A stretch of DNA of 63,745 nt, the filler included, from Phoronis australis (taxonomy: Eukaryota > Animalia > Phoronida): the NCBI GenBank assembly GCA_002633005.1. It is 10 parts of 10 records of this genome, joined end to end, with 100 filler letters (N's around TTAATTAATTAA, not from the genome) between each part and the next. Parts side by side here need not be neighbours in the genome. Positions count along the whole stretch, not along the records: positions 1 to 23,078 come from NMRA01000463.1; 9 more parts are not named here. The stretch is one strand, 5' to 3'. The translations under genes and the position numbers were made by a program. The notes under the pieces are model-generated. The model saw only the letters and a list, made by a program, of their open reading frames with translations. It ran no database searches and was not told the DNA's origin. Positions 1-10,847 of the stretch are shown here, piece by piece. Numbering within the stretch: position 1 is the stretch's first letter; the number at the start of each line of letters is the position of its first letter.

Positions 1-37
1 ACACACAGACACACAGACACACACAAACACACACACA
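1..37. repeat. (AC)n-type microsatellite
   Basis: acacacagacacacagacacacacaaacacacacaca. Confidence 0.9.
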
Positions 38-1017
38 GGACTAAGCCTTAATCCAGCCATAACCAGCAACGACGCACTTCACATGAACTACAGCACTGCA
101 GCTAACTCATCATTGAATTTGTTTTAGTTAGTTAGGAAGTGTATTTTGTTGTGGTGAACATCCATACAAATCTGGTCTATGATACATTGTTTTCTCTGGA
201 TCCCAGAAAGAGACCCTTTGCTGCGGCAGAGGGACGCGTGTGCACAATCAAACTCACATGGGCACAATAAAACAGTTGTCGCATGAAATGCGCTGAGTTT
301 TTGTCAATTTGTCATGTCTTGGTAATTCCGTCTCCGCTTAAAGAAATTTACTACAGTAATTAGTTCATGTGTTACTGACACACCAAAAACATCTCATCTC
401 TTAAGCAGGCTACCAGCTTATCTGAACAAAGGCAGCATGGTGTTTACCAAGAGCTCATTTTGGGTACACTATACATGTAAAGTGCCAATGATTGTTTGAT
501 GGCACTTTGCTTGCCTCAAAATGCAACTGATGCCTGGTGGTTTGGAAATTGGCTAAATTATGTTGATCATCCTGCAGAATTAATGAGGATCATATTAATG
601 TAATATGTAACACATGTACGTTTTATGCTGGAAGTATCACAATTCTTAATTTTAATAATTCAAAAACCTTTTCAGGTGTATTTTCACGAACTATTCAAAA
701 CTTTCGCAACCAAAACTAACAACTTATTGTCGTCCCCAATGTGTTTATGGTTGTCTCGATTTCTTAAGAAAGATAACATCCCTAGCCTGAGGTGATTTAA
801 TTAACCACGGCATCGCAGTGCTTCTGATCTCTACCAGAAGATATTGTGGTGTGTAAACCGGTGGAGTTGCACATATTCCACTGGTTAGACCAGAAGTGCC
901 CTTAGGATTCTTTTTATGACGTTGTGATATTTTATCTAAATAATCCAGAAAACTCATTGACCAATTGAAAAGCTATGTATATACTACCAACAAATACTTA
1001 TTGAAAGAAAATGCTAA

Positions 1018-1915
1018 AGGCGAAGGCAACCTGTTTTCATGTCATTTTAGCAAAAAATAAGGTTCTTTGATTATGTCAGAAATATTTTTCAGTTAATTAC
1101 AGGTTTTTGTAATTTGAACAATTACTCGTCCTCTACTCCGGACGTGACGTTTTGGGAGGTAAGAACTCGGCACCAATTTCTTTTTTATAGTCTGACTGTA
1201 AGAGTTGCCGAATCAGTCATTTTTCCATCTGGGTTGTGATAACTTCGGTCGTCGTCTGCTTTTGTTTACAAGTAAATCAACATGCTACACTATTGCTGCG
1301 CACCCGGATGTACATGTACTCATTATCGTCTCACGGACAGAAGAACAACTGCCCCACATGCCCGAGTCTCACGCGACACATTCCCATTCGATAGTGACCT
1401 GAACACACAAACTGCTTACACCCCGCCGTGTGATTCCCTTGCCACAAACCAGACACCTTCTAAATAGCTCCAATACTTTAGACAAGTCCACAATAAAGTT
1501 ATCAAAGATTAGCTCACCGATCCGTTCATTGAACGACGAACTGTCCTCTCCACTGTGTGTCGAATTTGGCCTGTATTCACTCCCACTACTCAATATCGCA
1601 GCAGGGCAGGTTCTGGGCGATAATGACTACGTCCCCGTACGCAGCAACAGTGTGGCATGTTGACTGAATCGTAAACAAAAGCAAACGACGACCGACCTTC
1701 TCACAACCGAGGAAGAACAATGACTGACTCGACAGCTCTCACAGTCTGACTATATAAGAAGAAATGGACGTCAAATTCTTGCCTAACAAAACGCCATTCC
1801 AGAGTAGAGAACGAATAATTAATTAATTGACAAAAAGCTGTGAAAAATATGTCTGGGATAATCAACAAGCTTTAATTTTTGTTAACAATTATATTAAAAC
1901 AGGTTGCCTTCGCCT
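1018..1915. mobile_element. Non-autonomous DNA transposon (Kolobok-type MITE) with ~280-bp imperfect terminal inverted repeats
   Basis: Termini AGGCGAAGGCAACC...GGTTGCCTTCGCCT. Flanks are CTAA (1014-1017) and TTAA (1916-1919). Arms ~1018-1300 and ~1640-1915 are reverse complements. RR..YY termini with a TTAA target site fit Kolobok. Confidence 0.8.
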
Positions 1916-1980
1916 TTAACTAACGATAACAAGTCATCGCCGTTCCCATTGTTGCGGTGAATATGAATTGTCTATTACAG

Positions 1981-2154
1981 CTTGTCATAACGGGAATCAA
2001 AGGTACATCTCCGAGAAGCGACATCGCACTGGACAGTTTTGTCATGAAACCGCACGTTTGCCCCAAGCTGCTCCTGTCATGTGACTTCGAGGATTTTACG
2101 CTGTGTAGTTTTAAAAACGATCCAAAGGCAAATTACAATTGGATACCACGCCGT
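1981..2154 (+). CDS. MAM-domain protein, internal exon (end of one MAM domain, start of the next)
   Basis: ttacag| acceptor, |gtgagt donor, 174 nt, phase 0-0. LVITGIKGTSPRSDIALDSFVMKPHVCPKLLLSCDFEDFTLCSFKNDPKANYNWIPRR contains the MAM motifs DIALD and CDFE..LC.F...W. Confidence 0.88.
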
Positions 2155-5100
2155 GTGAGTGGGTTTGTAAGCATATGCGATGTAATATCTTAATGTACGT
2201 AATCACGGCTTCTGGAACGGAAGTAAAGCCTTCCCCACTTTTACAGATGGGTACCCAAGTAAAGATAGATTTTGCAGAAAATCCTTTAACATAAACAATC
2301 AGTATGTAAACAAGTTACCTTTTCACCGATTTGTCTACGATATAGTGATTTGGTAAAGTATATAGAACTCTCAGGTGTTTTCAAACGACGCTCGCTTGAT
2401 GATAACATGTAATTTGGAGAAAAATCTTCATGTCTTGACACGTTCACATATACGCCACCCATTTCAGACAGACGTATTCCTCAGTGACACATCCGGTGAA
2501 CAATTTTCGGTCATTTCGTGTAATGGCAGTCTAGCGTAACAACTACAAAGCAGCCATGTGATGCATGTTCACGCAAGTCCTGCAGCCCTTCTTCACCTGT
2601 TGGGATCCTTGTGTATTATTACCTTTACGAGATGGAAATATAAAAAATACATTTCTGCTTCTAAGCACAATGCCACACTAAGCGTATGCTATTTAAAATG
2701 AGTGCGTCTGCAAGCGTCTTGAGGAAGCTCTATCCACGTGATTCCGGTCTGGCTGTCAATGGCTTCCTGCCTACACCACTAACCGCATAAGCGTAAACTG
2801 TCGATACACTCTATCCAAATTTCCAGTGCCTCAACGGTTTCTGTCACCCCAGCAGCAGCTGTAAACGTAAGCATTATTCTGAATTGTTTGACGTCGTACC
2901 AGGCCCTTAGACAGGGGTAGTCCGGGGGATTCGATCGAGCCATCCCCTCCCACCCGCAAAATGTCCAGCCGTACATGTACATGTAGCTTACCTGATAGTT
3001 TACTGTATAATATCGATGAACAACAACAACAACCACAACAAAACTGTTGCAGGTACTGGTACTACTAATCGCATTAATTACCAGGTGAAAAATAATTTTG
3101 AATTTATTTCTGCTTCAAAGCGCTTAACACAATCATTGCGCCGCACAGGACCACTTTCGCCAGATTAATGTTTGCGTAGATGCCTGAATCGTGCAGACGA
3201 TTAGATGAAGCTTGATGTTATTCATCGTGAATGAACGCGAGTGGTGGCTACACTCTAGGGCAACAGGGGGTCTTGAAGTAAACATCGATACCTACATGTA
3301 GGTTAGCTATACAGCAGCGAGGGAATTCCCAAAAACTAGCTTGGTGCGAATCCCTTAAACTCGATCAAGAAACAGCACGTGATTAACCGTTGTGGTATTT
3401 TTACTTACTAGCATTGTATGACAAAGTGCAGGCATTTTCAAACTTGAATTGAGCGTGGTCGTCATACACGCTGTTCATCCAGTGTCCACTTATTTGATGA
3501 CATGCATGCGTGTACGCTTGTATGCGTTTCATTGTTGCCAAACTGAAGTATGCGTATAGTACTCTGTCATATTCTTGTTTTGTATTTTGCAATCTGCAGG
3601 TTACAGCCGGCACTTCTTTTTTATCTATAGTCTACCGTTTTTCTCCGTCGAGATCAGAAACACCAGTGCATAACTTTGCATTCAGACAGGAATTTGATCA
3701 TTTCGTTATTTACCTTGGCCATCATCGGTATCTTTGCGTTTCTATCTGGATTAAAAAAGTGCTACATTTCCTGATAAAATCTTGTACGATTTAGTTTACT
3801 TTTTATCTCGGAAAAGATTTGCATGGTCACGCGTCGCCTCTCCGAACCTACATTACTCCGAATAATCGGTACCTACGAAAGTTCACTCCTTCCAATGTCC
3901 ACAATTCTGAAACGTGCGGTGAACTCCGACGGTCCATTACTCTGAGTATTTGCTAATGAGTCGGAACTGACGTGAATAAAGTATTACATTTTTGTCAATT
4001 TTGAAAGGGTGAGCAAGATTTTGATAGATCTTAAAACTTTGGTTGATTCTTTAAGAATGATTTCAGTTCCAGCCATTTCCAACTGTTATTCTCGAATCTA
4101 GCTAAAGACTCATTCCTGCATGTAAGTATGAACAGCATTTTGGCCACGGCTCCATTCCGCTCAAATTCAAACAAAGCCTTTTGCTGCCGGGCGATGTTTT
4201 CGGTATGTAGTAGGTGCGTCTAGTAACCGAAATGTCGTCCATTTTACATGTAAAAGTACATGTATAACAATTACAGACCTGAGACCGGAAGTTAAGGTGT
4301 TTTCGGAGAAGTGAATCTTCGGAGTACGGAATCTTCAGAATACTGTACATCGAAGCAGTAGACTTTCAAAATAGTAGGCTGTTCCCATTTTCAGCGATGT
4401 AAGCAACTTCAGTATCACGCAAAAATACACTGGCAAGTCTTTTTCCGACTAAATATTTCCTCCGCGAGCACTAAATGCGTGTAATCACTCGTTTAAACAC
4501 CCCTGTTTTTAAACTTTGTCAGGAAACTTGAGAACGATTTATTTCTGGACCACATTACAGCCCAATTTAAGTCCCTTTCTTTGCGAGGAAACGTCACGAC
4601 AACACCATTCCTCAGAGGTATTACACAATCCCGTCTTAACTCAGGAACGTAAAGCTGAAAGTCATTCTGCTATGTATGAAGATTCCTCTTCCCTGCCCCT
4701 TACTAAGCTACAATCTACCTGAAACACAATTCCGAAAACTTTACAGTGTAAAGGCAGTTTGCAAAATATCAAAGGGACACTTTCCAAAAAATTCGACCCA
4801 ACCCCACACAGCGCTGGCTTCAGGCCTGCATGCTTACAGCAATTAATTGATATGGTCAAAAGTTGTCAGAAACGGTTTAGTCTTAGTCTTAATTTAGTAT
4901 GTACTTATTATCTAATATAGTGACATGGGTGCATCGCAGAATACATCACAAAAATTCGTTATGCAACACACCCTATCTTCGTGAGCCTATACTGTACGGC
5001 ATCCTGAATATCATTTAGACACAAGGTGGGCAATCACAGTAATTATTAGTGTACTTTTGATGTTGTATTCTGTAGAACTGGAGCAAAAGTACTGCACCAG

Positions 5101-5444
5101 TTGATCGGTAGATATTAAAAATGATCTGATTCAAACATGCACCCGAGATGCGACGAGACTCGTAGGGTTGACAGGCATCTGTAACTGCATTTCTTGCAAA
5201 AAGAACACTGGCTCGAATAACAATCTATCGTAAACAGTAATACCAACAGGGTAATGTAGAAGAAACGTAGTTTTTTAAACATGTCGCGAGTTCCCAATTG
5301 CCGGCTTTGACAATTCACTTTTCATATTATCTACAGTCAGTATATGTGCTTTTGTAGTTAGTGGCTACATCTGCATCGTCTCCTTTTTAGAGAAGAATAC
5401 TGCATTTAGCAAGACATTTCATCTTCACAGACTTGTCTTTGCAG

Positions 5445-5568
5445 GCAAATTCTAAGAACACAGGACCCAGCTCTGCCAAAAAAGGGAGTGTTTACGTCTA
5501 CGCAAATGGAACTGGAAAAGATATTTTTCAAAAAGCAGTACTGTTGTCGCCACGTTCAACTATTTTCG
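5445..5568 (+). CDS. MAM-domain protein, internal exon
   Basis: tttgcag| ... |gtaatt, phase 0-1. ANSKNTGPSSAKKGSVYVYANGTGKDIFQKAVLLSPRSTIF matches MAM TGPS..G.YVY...A.L.SP. Confidence 0.87.
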
Positions 5569-6348
5569 GTAATTATTGGTGTTATTTGAAGTATGTGCCG
5601 AAAAAATGTTATTCCTACTGAAGCTTTTGGTTTGCATGTTTGGTCGACATTTATAGGAAAAGTAGCCATTTTAGTGTCACTTTCAGTTAAAGTTTTCTTT
5701 TTCATGGTTGTCGTGGATATAAATTTCCAACAAATTTGTTTCCCCGGGACACTAATGCTTGCGTCACTCCACTAGTGATGCTTGTCGCCCAAATTCATTC
5801 CAGACACCGATTCATTGGGAAAACAGTTGACTGTATGCAACTTCATAAAACAATGCCGCCAGTGTTTGCCTTCTACAAGTTTTATCAGAATGTCATGAGT
5901 AGAACTAGACCCCGGTTGAGTTCAGTGGGGTAGCCATTGCTTTTTCTCCCGTGGACGTGAAATTGGCTAAAATCAGCGACAACAAAGATACGAATCACGT
6001 TCCTGTTAAGGCTACATGTATGCTGGTTGCTCCCTTGGTCGCTGCCGAGGCTGTTTACACATACGGGTGAAACCAACTTTGATGCCTTGTGTCACTAATA
6101 CATTTTAAAAAACATTCAGTATTATCTGATGTCATGGCCCACCTACGTGACATCATTCTTCCCAAAATGTTTAGAAAGTTCTTTCATGATCTATGCCTAC
6201 ACATTTCTTTCATAATCCGACGATGGCATGTGTTTGCCGCACGCACGATATGTTTGCACCGTTTTATGCGTGGCCTGAGCAGGAATGGTATATTAATAAC
6301 AAGAACGAATCCATTCTGTCAAAATGTCATCTACTGGAAGCCGGTTAA

Positions 6349-7064
6349 AGGCGAAGGCAACCGTTTTCCATGTCATTTTGAGCTAAAATAAGGTTGGTTG
6401 GTCNNNNNNNNNNNNNNNNNNNNNNNNNNNNNNNNNNNNNNNNNNNNNNNNNNNNNNNNNNNNNNNNNNNNNNNNNNNNNNNNNNNNNNNNNNNNNNNNN
6501 NNNNNNNNNNNNNNNNNNNNNNNNNNNNNNNNNNNNNNNNNNNNNNNNNNNNNNNNNNNNNNNNNNNNNNNNNNNNNNNNNNNNNNNNNNNNNNNNNNNN
6601 NNNNNNNNNNNNNNNNNNNNNNNNNNNNNNNNNNNNNNNNNNNNNNNNNNNNNNNNNNNNNNNNNNNNNNNNNNNNNNNNNNNNNNNNNNNNNNNNNNNN
6701 NNNNNNNNNNNNNNNNNNNNNNNNNNNNNNNNNNNNNNNNNNNNNNNNNNNNNNNNNNNNNNNNNNNNNNNNNNNNNNNNNNNNNNNNNNNNNNNNNNNN
6801 NNNNNNNNNNNNNNNNNNNNNNNNNNNNNNNNNNNNNNNNNNNNNNNNNNNNNNNNNNNNNNNNNNNNNNNNNNNNNNNNNNNNNNNNNNNNNNNNNNNN
6901 NNNNNNNNNNNNNNNNNNNNNNCCTCCTAAAACGTCACTTCCGCAGTAGCGGACGAGTAATTTATAAAATTACGAAAAGTTGTAATTAAGTGGAAAATAT
7001 GTCTAGGATAACCAACCAACCTTATTTTAGCTCAAAATGACATGGAAAAAGGTTGCCTTTGCCT
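6349..7064. mobile_element. Second copy of the Kolobok-type MITE family (middle lies in an assembly gap)
   Basis: TTAA|AGGCGAAGGCAACC ... GGTTGCCTTTGCCT|TTAA with perfect TTAA on both sides. Both arms match the 1018-1915 element. N gap at 6404-6922. Confidence 0.85.
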
Positions 7065-7701
7065 TTAAGCAGAGCCCCCACGACACTTGCAAGCTCATGA
7101 TACATGCAACTCGGGCTGCTCCAATTGCATGTCATACTGAATACAATTGTGGGAAACGAACAACTAAACGTTAAGCAATGACTTATCCAACGCCAAACAA
7201 CTACATGTAAATCTTCATGTAAAGAAACATGGCGGAGAATAATTTGGGTCATTTCCATAGGGTCGTTGCATGCAAAACTTATGACAATCTAGGGGAGTCT
7301 AGTCAATTTCAAAGTTTATCTTGGTATACCAAATGTTCAATCACATGGGACCCAAAAATGGCTACTTCCCTCTTGAAGTCAAGATAATTGTACCCCTTGC
7401 AGTAATGAATCTGGTACGACGTTATAAGCCGTTAACACCGGCTCATATTGGAGCCCCACTGTGTACAATTGTGCCGCGATACTTGACCCAATTTCTCGTC
7501 AAACATTTGCGTGGAAATATATTTTTACTGACCGCGGTATTTCACGTAAAGGTGGATAGAATGCAATTGGAACGTAACAGAAAATGTATTGCACATGTCG
7601 AGGCTGTAGTAAGTCGCATGTGCACACCTTAGTGGAGGAGGGGCTCGGAGGGCTCGAACGAGCCCCCAATTAGTCGAGTTGAGCAAAAAGGTCCGCCTGA
7701 G

Positions 7702-8177
7702 TTAAACACAAAGTCTGACCAAACGAGACAAATGTCCAAATGTCCACAAAATCCACGCGACTTTGTCGCAGATGCAGAGGTCGTAGGTCGTAGGTTGTTT
7801 TTTGTAGTCCTCATAGACTTTCCTCGGTAAAAGGTCTGCATAACGAGAAATTTGAGGCCCCTGAACTTTATGCTGGGTGCGTGCATGAGTCGAATAGTGC
7901 AAATGTTAGGGAGGTGATAGGATGTTGGTGTGTTGTACATAACTTTATCCGGTAATCGTCCAATGTCGGTGTTTTGATCTCTGGAACCCGCTCCAGGAGC
8001 TGGGCATGAAAACAATTCAGACTGATTAAAGTTCGGGTCATCTTGGATTCCAATAGTTTCTAATACATTATCCGGATTTACGTTGCTAAAAGTCTGTTGT
8101 GATTGATGGCCTACATCAAATCTGTTTTGAAATTCGAGTCTCATCAATCCCTTTGTGAAAGGACTGATGGAAAACAA
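7702..8177 (-). pseudogene. Frameshifted Cys/His-rich coding remnant, probably transposon-derived
   Basis: Three overlapping minus-strand ORFs join into ...LLERVPEIKTPTLDDYRIKLCTTH...SCTHP/QHKVQGP...DLCICDK, a CxxH / CxHPxH / ICxx pattern. Family not identified. Confidence 0.4.
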
Positions 8178-8891
8178 ATTAGGCGGTTTTTTCTTGACTT
8201 TTAATAAAGGAACTGCGGAGCCGCGTGAGAATTTTCAATCGTCGGAGTTATCAAAAATGGCATAACATTGAGCATGTACTAGCCTGGGTTCCCTTCCTGT
8301 AAACACGTTGAAAAATGAAACAAACATCACCCAACTGTTAGTACATGTATAACTCGTATTGAGGTTTCGAATGCAGTGGCATGTTTGCTTAATCAGGCAT
8401 GCTTTCTGGGATGTGAAATTGCAATCTCTGAGTCTCTTCCGTGTCGGCTTGTGACACACACTTGCACAACAAACGCGTCAATAAAATCGTTCTTAAGAAA
8501 CTAAATACTGTATATTCACTGGACTCGCAAAGTATAAATGGTTTGAGAGTAACTCTTTGGAGAAAAAGCGTGTTACCAACTGCAAAAGCACAGCATCCAT
8601 GCATAGAGAACAAGCAAGTTGCCCATGTAAATTTAATAACCTGCACGATTTTAATTGAATAAGTAACGTGTGTTGAATTTCGATTGCTTTTTATTCTAGT
8701 GAGATTGACTTGTGTCTTTTTGTGGAATCTAGGAGAGCTGCATCCTTGTTTGCTACGTTTGCATATGCATGTACATGCTGTCGTTCCTCATGCTGCAAAT
8801 TAGACACAATCATACGTATGTGGTGTACATGTAATTTGCAAATGTGGAGTGGAAATTTCCATGGAGTTCAAACTTATTCTGAAGCTATTAA

Positions 8892-10570
8892 AGGAGAATG
8901 CCACCAGATTTAATTAGTCTTTTTGCCGTTTTAATCGGTCTATATCCACATTGCCTCGAATACGGTCGTCCTTACCTTACCAAGAGGTGTCGCGTTAACC
9001 TGTGAGGAAGGTGGGAAACGACGCTAGCGACGTCAGTGGTTCATATGCAGAGTGAATTCCGCTATGTTGCAGTGCATCGTTTCCGCTTTTCCGAACAAAG
9101 CAGCTGCGAGGAAAGCGGGTATATCGTTTATTTTACTTCCTCAAGAGTCCAAAATGCTTAGGAAGAGGCTCATGGTAGTGAAGAATGAAATGTACGCTGT
9201 AAATAGCAAGTATGAGGCCGTGAAACATCTCCGTGTCTGTGGCCTGCAGACGTCGGCAGTGCCTGACGAATGCCGGCTTATCAAATAACTCCATACGTTC
9301 CGTTGTCTTGGCTTGTTCACGGCGCCTCTCTAGTATATCTTCATCACTGTATTCCTGTTCCAATTGATAGCCTGTAAAACATAACGATCCACCTGCGAAG
9401 TCAGGACTGGTGAGCTCTACCTCGTCCTACGTCGGGATTGCGACGGTTGCCATGTTGTCGTTGATTACTGAGCGTTCTGTTTCAAAATGAATTATTCTCA
9501 CCCTAACCATTACTTATATAAAACTGAAACAAAATCTGTCTCATTAGATGCAATTTGTAATGCCTTTGGAGTATTCGTGAGTGCAAAGATTTGAAAAGCC
9601 AGCAATGAATAAATCACTGCGTTACCGGCTTTAGGTGCAATAAAACTAATTGACGGGACACCGAGGCCGTGTGAGCTTTTGCTAATTTAGTGTTTGCTCT
9701 CTGGCTGGCAGAAGCAGTTGTGAAACAACTCGATTTCCACCCCACGGCCAGGTGTTAGGGGAATCTTTATTTACATTGACATTACTCAAATAATGATTGT
9801 CAATGTACAACTTTTGCCCTGACGGTGCTGTGGCCAAAGCGGAAGCTGAATTCGCGGCCTCGACGAGTAAGTAAATTTCCAGTTTCGTGGCTAATTCACC
9901 AACATAATCACGTGCACATTACTTTGTCTCACTAGTATAGTATTTTCTAGACTGGAAGTTTAGTTTCTACTGAACTTTGGCTGGTTTATGTTCGTGATGT
10001 CTGATCAGTTTCTGAGCCACTGGCCGGGATAACGAGTTAATCCGGCCGGCCCCGACGGGCCTGATCGGGCTCCGAGCCACTGGCCAGCGTTTTGTGTTTG
10101 GAACTCATAAAATCACAAGTCTAAACAACACAGATCTAGGTTCTCCTGTCTGTATCTCAAGGTCGGAAATTTCTTCGAAATTATCTCCGAACAGACCCCA
10201 AACTTCTGCTACGGACCTTATTGGCCTGCGAACTGTGTAGGCTACGGTGTGTCCAAATACCAATAAATCCGTAAGAGCGAAACAAAACAACACTTGTTTA
10301 TAAGAACTCGGTGTATTTTTGAGGGTTTTATATCAAAGTTTGATGATTTATGGGTGTTAAACGGTGACTTCAAGCGACAAGCTGACACCAGTAACCCGTG
10401 TTGCGAACTGCTGAACAGACTGCGTGTGAAACTGATGACGTCATTGGATAATTTGAACACCTCCGTCTGCCGTCAGGTGTCACGTAACACAACCGTACGT
10501 GTCGTTATGGAGTAGAACTACTCGATCTAAATTGATACAAGTTAGGTTGTTTTTTGGGTGGCATGCTCCT
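8892..10570. mobile_element. Kolobok-type DNA transposon derivative (~1.7 kb)
   Basis: TTAA(8888-8891)|AGGAGAATGCCACC ... GGTGGCATGCTCCT|TTAA(10571-10574). 14-bp TIR with one mismatch. Contains a KolX-like remnant. Confidence 0.8.
9133..9453 (-). pseudogene. KolX / P2X7-ballast-like accessory ORF remnant inside the Kolobok element
   Basis: ATG at 9453, one in-frame TAG, then GYQLEQEYSDEDILERRREQAKTTERME. This resembles the PYxFEPEY..E..R N-terminus of KolX/nanor-like proteins. A homologous copy lies at 29743-29820. Confidence 0.5.
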
Positions 10571-10668
10571 TTAATTAACGTTTGCTATGTCAGACCCATT
10601 ATAAATGTCATCGATGTAACCAATTACCATGACACTTACCTATACTGATCACTAATCACTACTGACAG

Positions 10669-10847
10669 CAACGCCGTTCTGCGTGACGTGGTGGTACCAT
10701 ATGAACCCCAGTTACAAAGGAGGTTTGACGCTTCACCTCGTGGACGCCAACGGAAATATGGAGAAAGAAGTCTGGGAGGTGCTGTATCCCCAAGAAGATA
10801 GATGGATCAGTAAAAGTTTTTATGTGAACCGAAATGACATCATTCAG
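10669..10847 (+). CDS. MAM-domain protein, internal exon
   Basis: tgacag| ... |gtgaga, phase 1-0. (A)TPFCVTWWYHMNPSYKGGLTLHLVDANGNMEKEVWEVLYPQEDRWISKSFYVNRNDIIQ matches MAM C..FWYHM...G.L......W......W. Confidence 0.9.

Noticed and set aside
6394-6949. Long ORFs spanning N runs (also 31497-32313)
   Set aside because: They are artefacts of translating gaps.
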